From assembly GCA_963668355.1 (NCBI GenBank), contig OY764265.1, positions 1,440,001-1,504,000 on the forward strand: a stretch of DNA of 64,000 bases, read 5' to 3'. The position numbers and the translations under genes are program-made. The stretch's first letter is position 1, and every line of letters starts with the position of its first letter. Of this stretch, positions 58,939 through 64,000 are shown piece after piece. Origin of the DNA: Bdellovibrionota bacterium. Lineage in GTDB: Bacteria > Bdellovibrionota_G > JALEGL01 > DATDPG01. The notes under the pieces are model-generated. The model did not search any database, was not told where the DNA came from, and was given only the letters and a program-made list of their open reading frames with translations.

Positions 58939-60073
58939 GGACTAAGCCGCGTTCTTTTAAGCCTTGGAGAAGGTCGTCCACGGGAACGGTTTGTTCGATG
59001 GGGGTCGCCCCCAAGGGAGTTTTTCCCTGAACTTGAAGAAAAGCCGTGGTTGAGGTTGGGAATCCTGTGGTTCTTTCCATGGCCGAAAAGTTCTCATCGC
59101 CACGATCCAACATGGAAATTCGATACGTTTCTTTTTTTCCCTTTTTTAAACCCACCGCTTCCATCCAGAGAACGACGAGGTCTTTGTCATCGGGGAAAGT
59201 GGTCGATTTTTCTAGAAGAACTTTCAAGACCTCTCGAGGAGCAATGTGTGCTTTTTCAAAGGGAAGGGGCTCTTGGCTCAATAAACCCAGAGCATCGAAT
59301 GCCCTCAGAGCACTCCAATGACCCGGATGTCGAAGGGTCTTGTAATCAAAGTTTTGTACCTTTCCGAGAAAAGATTCGGGGGCCGTGGAGGTCCCTCCAG
59401 AAGTTACGACCGCTTCGAGTTTTCCTAAGGGCTTGAAGTCAATCTCTTCCAACTCAGAAAGGGCGGGGACTTCATGAAGCTTTCCATCCCGAATGATCGA
59501 GGCCATTCCGCTGTATTCATTGAGAAGACCTTCAATGCTGAAAACCATTTTGTAGAAAAAAGGGGGTTTTGGATGTGCGGGAATTCCTCCGCATCGAACC
59601 CGAATGGTTTCAGTTTCATCAAAATGGTTCAGGGCTTTAGCTGCTAAGAGATTGGATAGTCCCGGAGCCAGCCCACAGTCGGGTAATAGGGAAATCTTTG
59701 CGGATCGGGCTTGGTCGTTGAGGGCAAGCTCTTGTTTAACAACGTCGGTGTTCCCACCCAAATCGGTGAAGTGGACTTTCTCCAGAACTGCGGCTTGAGC
59801 TGCGAGGGGGTTAAGAAAATAGGGAAGAGCGCTGACGACAGCGTCCTTGCCTTTTAGGTGGGGTTGGATGTGCTTGACGGAACGTACATCTCCCTGAACC
59901 GGCTTGATCTTTTCGGAATGTAAGAGACGATTTAAGTTTTTGGCACATGCCTGGACCCGGGGTTCTTCTCGGTCCACCAACGTAACTTCTTTGGCCTGGC
60001 CATGTTTGACCAAATCAAAGGCGATGGCTGCACCTTGACGTCCGGCTCCCAAAACGACGTAAAAATAAGACAT
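58916..60073 (-). CDS. Saccharopine dehydrogenase / lysine 6-dehydrogenase family oxidoreductase
   Basis: VLGAGRQG, SALPY, DLGG, CGLAPG, TSGGTST, YKTLRHPGH. Confidence 0.88.
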   Translation of the reverse strand: MSYFYVVLGAGRQGAAIAFDLVKHGQAKEVTLVDREEPRVQACAKNLNRLLHSEKIKPVQGDVRSVKHIQPHLKGKDAVVSALPYFLNPLAAQAAVLEKVHFTDLGGNTDVVKQELALNDQARSAKISLLPDCGLAPGLSNLLAAKALNHFDETETIRVRCGGIPAHPKPPFFYKMVFSIEGLLNEYSGMASIIRDGKLHEVPALSELEEIDFKPLGKLEAVVTSGGTSTAPESFLGKVQNFDYKTLRHPGHWSALRAFDALGLLSQEPLPFEKAHIAPREVLKVLLEKSTTFPDDKDLVVLWMEAVGLKKGKKETYRISMLDRGDENFSAMERTTGFPTSTTAFLQVQGKTPLGATPIEQTVPVDDLLQGLKERGLVLEEESHS

Positions 60074-60118
60074 GAACGAATGCTAGCGTGAAAGAACCGA
60101 AATGGAAAACAGTTCAGT

Positions 60119-60907
60119 CTAGCGAATGGAGCGAAGCGTGGCTCGTCTTTCCGAGCGAAGAAGATGCGATGTGATGAAGTCAAAAATCCGAGATCGATCG
60201 GCTGACATGATTTCCATGAAATTTAACCCCATCCCGGCCGGCTGCATGATGGCTTCCGGACCAGAAATATAGGTTCGATTGTGGACCACTTTCGCATTGC
60301 ACCTGACAGGGGTGGCTTCATGAGGAAGGTGTACCGTAAGTTTGACTTGCTCACCGATGCCCAGAGGGTTGAAGGAACGTATGAAGATGCCACCGACACT
60401 GACGTCCACCGTATCTCCGTCAAAGGTGCGGTGGTCTTCCAATAGGCGATAAGAAACACTCAGGTTGGCCAAGGCGCGGCCGTGCAATCGCCTGTTTTGT
60501 TGGCCAGGAAACAGAAGTCGGTTGATTACGAACGCGATTTGATGCGGGCCATACGTCTTGGAAATGGTTCCATCGACATCCAAGCGATCTTCCAGGTGAT
60601 AGAGCGAGTCCGTGATGTCATAACGAATGAGGAGAATCTTTGTTTGTTGGAAACGGGGTGAACGAATGACTGCATTTTGAAAGGCAATTTCATTAAAGGA
60701 AGGCACCATGGGGTCGATGATGATCATTTCAAACTGACTCGTGTTTTGGTCGATCAAAGACAGGGCCTCGTTCCACTCCTGCGTGAACACGGTTTCACAT
60801 TCAAGTGTGTCCAAGGTGTTTTTCAGATGGTCATGAAAAATCTGAAAATGTGGTGGACTGTTGAGTACGAGAATTCGGTGCTTCTGCTTTTGTTCAGACA
60901 TCTTCAT
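60119..60907 (-). CDS. Degenerate receiver domain fused to a PilZ domain
   Basis: IIIDPMVP receiver-like core without the N-terminal acidic pair; RRLHGR and DVSVGG PilZ motifs; GMGLNF. Confidence 0.75.
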   Translation of the reverse strand: MKMSEQKQKHRILVLNSPPHFQIFHDHLKNTLDTLECETVFTQEWNEALSLIDQNTSQFEMIIIDPMVPSFNEIAFQNAVIRSPRFQQTKILLIRYDITDSLYHLEDRLDVDGTISKTYGPHQIAFVINRLLFPGQQNRRLHGRALANLSVSYRLLEDHRTFDGDTVDVSVGGIFIRSFNPLGIGEQVKLTVHLPHEATPVRCNAKVVHNRTYISGPEAIMQPAGMGLNFMEIMSADRSRIFDFITSHLLRSERRATLRSIR

Positions 60908-61218
60908 CAATGGTTCCCCTACCAATTACCGGAGATGAAATTTCCCCTGTTAACTTTTTCATTATAACGCAACATTTGTTTCTGTTCAACCATTTAAAAT
61001 AAAGGCAAAAAAGACAAAAAATGTAAGCAATTACAAATTGTGTAAACAAAAGTTACTTAAAAAAAGCGATAGGTACGGCGGGTATTTAACGTCAGGTGCT
61101 TTTTTTCAATCCTACCTGGGGGACGAAAAGAGGCCTAGGGATAAAAGGCCCAAAAAAATTTTTTGGAGTCGGGACAGTGAAAAGCATTTCGGGTTATTCT
61201 AAAGGACCTAAACGAACG

Positions 61219-63063
61219 ATGAGTGTTGGCGAGTACATACTTTTGGTTGATCCAGATCGGGAACTGACTGAAACCATGCAGTTGATTCTTCGAGAGGCCG
61301 GCTACGTCTGCAAAACGGCTCATGACGGAGAAGAGGCGCTAAGTCATTGCCGACAAGAACTCCCTAAAATGGTTTTTACTGAGGGATTGATTCCCAAAAT
61401 TAATGGATTGCAGCTGGCGAAGTCCATTCGAGAACTTCCCAACGGGGGCCTTGCCAACATCGTGATGATGTCGGCCGTTTATTCTGGGGCGAAGTTCCGA
61501 AAGGAAATCGAAGAAGCAGGCATTGATGAGGTGCTTCCCAAGCCATTTAGTCCTAACGACTTGATGACCAAGGTGAGGTCGATGGAATTGTCCTTGGTTA
61601 GTAAGAACCAAGAGGCGCTCAACCTAGAGAGTGAGAAGTTTGAACATTCTGGGAATATTTCGGACACCCCTTTCATTCGACTGATCTTTCATCTGTACTC
61701 CAAAAAAGAAACCGGGACCCTCCGTCTTCAATCTTCTCAAGCCAAGAAGCTGGTTACATTTGAAGAGGGTGAGCCCAAATTTGTGGTGTCGAATTTGGAG
61801 CGAGAATGTCTTGGACAGCTGTTGGTACGACAAGGACGGCTAACCCAAGAAGAGTGTGAACGTTCATTGGCCTCCATGGCGCAGATGAAGAAAAGACAAG
61901 GTGAGGCGTTGATTCATATGGGTTTAATTGAGCCCTATGAATTGGAAGAAATGCTCAAGCAACAAGCGCGGGAGAAATTTCTTGAAATTTTTGCCTGGCG
62001 GGAGGGTAAGTATATTTTCGTTCCTGGAAAAGTTTTTCGGAAAGAGCTGACCCCGGTTGATTTGAGCATTGCCCAAATTTGTCTTCGAGGCGTCAAGGAA
62101 GCGTATAATCTAGCCCATCTCCAAGGGGAACTCCACCCCTACAAAAAGGAAGTAGCCATTTTGAACAAGACTCCAGCCTTTCCTTTGGAAGACTACAAGC
62201 TAGCGACTTGGGATATGAGGATCGCCAGGCAGATCAAGCATGGAAAGACTTTGGAAGAGATTCTGGAAATGCGTTTGGCAAGAGATTTGGATGTGTATCA
62301 TTTGTATTTCACGTTACTCATGTTGGAGACCGTTTCCTGGAAAAAAACGTCTTCTCTCCACATCAAACATGAAGATCAACAGGCCCGATCAAGGGTGGAA
62401 ACGCTGCGAGAGATGTCTCCCTTTGCCATCCTAGATGTGTCTCCAAAGGCCAGCGATGTTGAAGTTCAAAGGGCCTACGAAGAAAAATTGGAACATTTCT
62501 CCAGCCGAAATGCTTCTCCCGAAGAGATTGCCGAGCTTAGAGAGGCTTATCGTCGAATAGCATCGAATCAAGGACGGCGAGATTATTTGATTCGCATTTA
62601 CGAAGATGGAAAGCGAATGCAGCCCGAGGCGAAAGAAGTTTTTAAATATGAAGAGCTTCTGGAAATCGGACAAAGTTTTCTTTCGAAAAAGGCTTACTCT
62701 CAAGCTTCTTTGGTATTTCAAGATGCAACAGCCTTTTTTCCGGAGGAAGGAATGGGTTTTTCTCTTTTGGGTTACACAACTTTCCAACAAGAGTTTTCGA
62801 AGCAAAACCGAGACGAGAAAATTTTGGAACGGGCCAAAAAGGCCATGTTTAAGGGGATTCAGCTCACTCCTTTTCAAGCCGAACCGGCCTATTTCTTAGG
62901 TCGTGCGTTCTTTTTAGAAGAAGACTATAAAAGTTCAGTCCATTGGTTTCAAAAGGCCTTGTCCGCAGATTCCAAACATCGAGGGGCTGCAACAGAGCTG
63001 CGTCTCGCACAAATGCGAATGGAAAAACAGAACAATACGTCATTTATCAAATGGAAGCGGTAG
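61219..63063 (+). CDS. Receiver-DUF4388-like-J-like-TPR signalling protein
   Basis: ILLVDPD...KINGL...KPF receiver, KKETGTL/LGQLLV/FAWREG region, PFAILDV...QRAY J-like domain, C-terminal TPRs. Confidence 0.8.
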   Translation: MSVGEYILLVDPDRELTETMQLILREAGYVCKTAHDGEEALSHCRQELPKMVFTEGLIPKINGLQLAKSIRELPNGGLANIVMMSAVYSGAKFRKEIEEAGIDEVLPKPFSPNDLMTKVRSMELSLVSKNQEALNLESEKFEHSGNISDTPFIRLIFHLYSKKETGTLRLQSSQAKKLVTFEEGEPKFVVSNLERECLGQLLVRQGRLTQEECERSLASMAQMKKRQGEALIHMGLIEPYELEEMLKQQAREKFLEIFAWREGKYIFVPGKVFRKELTPVDLSIAQICLRGVKEAYNLAHLQGELHPYKKEVAILNKTPAFPLEDYKLATWDMRIARQIKHGKTLEEILEMRLARDLDVYHLYFTLLMLETVSWKKTSSLHIKHEDQQARSRVETLREMSPFAILDVSPKASDVEVQRAYEEKLEHFSSRNASPEEIAELREAYRRIASNQGRRDYLIRIYEDGKRMQPEAKEVFKYEELLEIGQSFLSKKAYSQASLVFQDATAFFPEEGMGFSLLGYTTFQQEFSKQNRDEKILERAKKAMFKGIQLTPFQAEPAYFLGRAFFLEEDYKSSVHWFQKALSADSKHRGAATELRLAQMRMEKQNNTSFIKWKR

Positions 63064-63691
63064 ATCCCCACAACAGTTTGTGCAATTGAGGTTGAAGTTT
63101 GACGGGTAGGGGGTCGGTTTTTATCCATTCAGCCAAGGTTTTTAAGTCAAGTTTTTCCCAAACGGCCGAATAAAGAACCTGGGATTTTTCAGCCAAGCGC
63201 CGTTTTCGAACGATGTCTTGCGCCCATAAAAAATCTTCCCTGTCTTGGATAACGAACTTTACTTCATCTTGTTTTTTCAGATGATCCAAGTTGGACCACA
63301 GATTTCTTTCCACTTCTCCGGATGAAGGACATTTTAGGTCCATGATTCGAATGACCCTTGGGTCACATTTTGAAATGTTGTGAGCCCCCGACGTTTCCAA
63401 AAGGACGGTTTTGCCTTGATCGGCCAAAGCCGTCATCAACGCATGGACAGGTTCCTGTAACAGAGGCTCTCCTCCAGTGATCAGAACCAGGGAAGTGGAA
63501 AATTTCTCCACTTGGTCGAGGATTTGCGAAATGGAAAGGTCTTCTCCCCCAGAGAATGCATATTCGGTATCGCAGTAGGCACATCTCAAATCACAGCCCG
63601 TCAAGCGCACGAAGGCACAGGGAAGGCCCGCTCGGGTGGACTCCCCTTGCAAAGAAAAATAGATTTCTTTGACTCGCAAGGTGGGTTTCAT
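63047..63691 (-). CDS. queE: 7-carboxy-7-deazaguanine synthase (radical SAM)
   Basis: EIYFSLQGES, CDLRCAYCDT, TGGEPL, ETSG, QPQLHK. Confidence 0.88.
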   Translation of the reverse strand: MKPTLRVKEIYFSLQGESTRAGLPCAFVRLTGCDLRCAYCDTEYAFSGGEDLSISQILDQVEKFSTSLVLITGGEPLLQEPVHALMTALADQGKTVLLETSGAHNISKCDPRVIRIMDLKCPSSGEVERNLWSNLDHLKKQDEVKFVIQDREDFLWAQDIVRKRRLAEKSQVLYSAVWEKLDLKTLAEWIKTDPLPVKLQPQLHKLLWGSTASI

Positions 63692-63769
63692 AAGGGGAAG
63701 GCCGTTATCCTAAATTGCCCCCATTTGGCAATAGGCGTTTGAAAAAAGGCCTGATAATGTGAAAAAGCC

Positions 63770-64000
63770 ATGATCGAATTCTATGATGTCGTGACCAATA
63801 CGTGGGGTGCGGAAGATACCATTTTCATTCTCGCTTTGGCGGTTACTTTTCTAGTGACACTGTACATTCTTTCGCTGATTCACCGGAAAATGCGATTGAT
63901 CGAGGGCGAAATCCTCGCCATGCGCAAAGACCAAAGCGTCATTTCCGAAGAGTTAGAGATGTTGGCGCGGCTAAGAGGCGAAGCGCAGAAAAAGCCTGAA
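63770..64000 (+). CDS. Small membrane protein (TM helix plus coiled coil), partial
   Basis: Hand translation MIEFYDVVTNTWGAEDTIFILALAVTFLVTLYILSLIHRKMRLIEGEILAMRKDQSVISEELEMLARL..., open at the window edge. Confidence 0.6.
   Translation, partial: MIEFYDVVTNTWGAEDTIFILALAVTFLVTLYILSLIHRKMRLIEGEILAMRKDQSVISEELEMLARLRGEAQKKPE

Noticed and set aside
63047..63691. queE as part of a 7-deazaguanine DNA-modification (dpd) defence island
   Set aside because: No dpdA/tgt-like or restriction genes nearby in the window; ordinary queuosine synthesis is the simpler explanation.

Overview
Bacterial chromosomal window. Gene content and order (mfd-PPIases-surA-pdxA, PilZ and receiver-DUF4388-J-TPR proteins, Hanks kinase plus FHA cyclase) suggest a deltaproteobacteria-like lineage such as Bdellovibrionota or Myxococcota; this is inference only. 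1-10.0 kb: multiheme cytochrome c cluster with about 60 heme-binding motifs, two predicted outer-membrane porins, lipoprotein cytochromes and a split CbcL-like quinol oxidoreductase. The leftmost gene (at least 17 hemes) is missing from the ORF track. 10.8-11.0 kb: two inverted pairs of DnaA boxes. 11-20 kb: class IV aminotransferase, DUF547 protein, FHA-GAF-adenylate cyclase and a 1599-aa TPR/Ser-Thr kinase; long palindromes lie between the cyclase and the kinase. 19.9-28.8 kb: selD with an in-frame UGA (Sec) and SECIS-like hairpin, a ccm operon of the CxxxY (System I*) type with an unannotated ccmD, and a cysteine desulfurase. 29-44.6 kb: DUF5916 protein, GGDEF-PilZ protein, plsC, uvrA, PGM/PMM, pdxA, three PPIases and mfd. 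44.7-54 kb: accessory array of small, mostly secreted ORFans separated by REP-like palindromes. It includes a 105-bp copy of the mfd 5' end that differs only at synonymous sites, and several of its promoters share an ATAACGC motif. 54-64 kb: mitochondrial-type aconitase, GT-C/GT2 pair, saccharopine dehydrogenase family protein, signalling proteins and queE. No rRNA, tRNA, CRISPR array, integrase or transposase was recognised.
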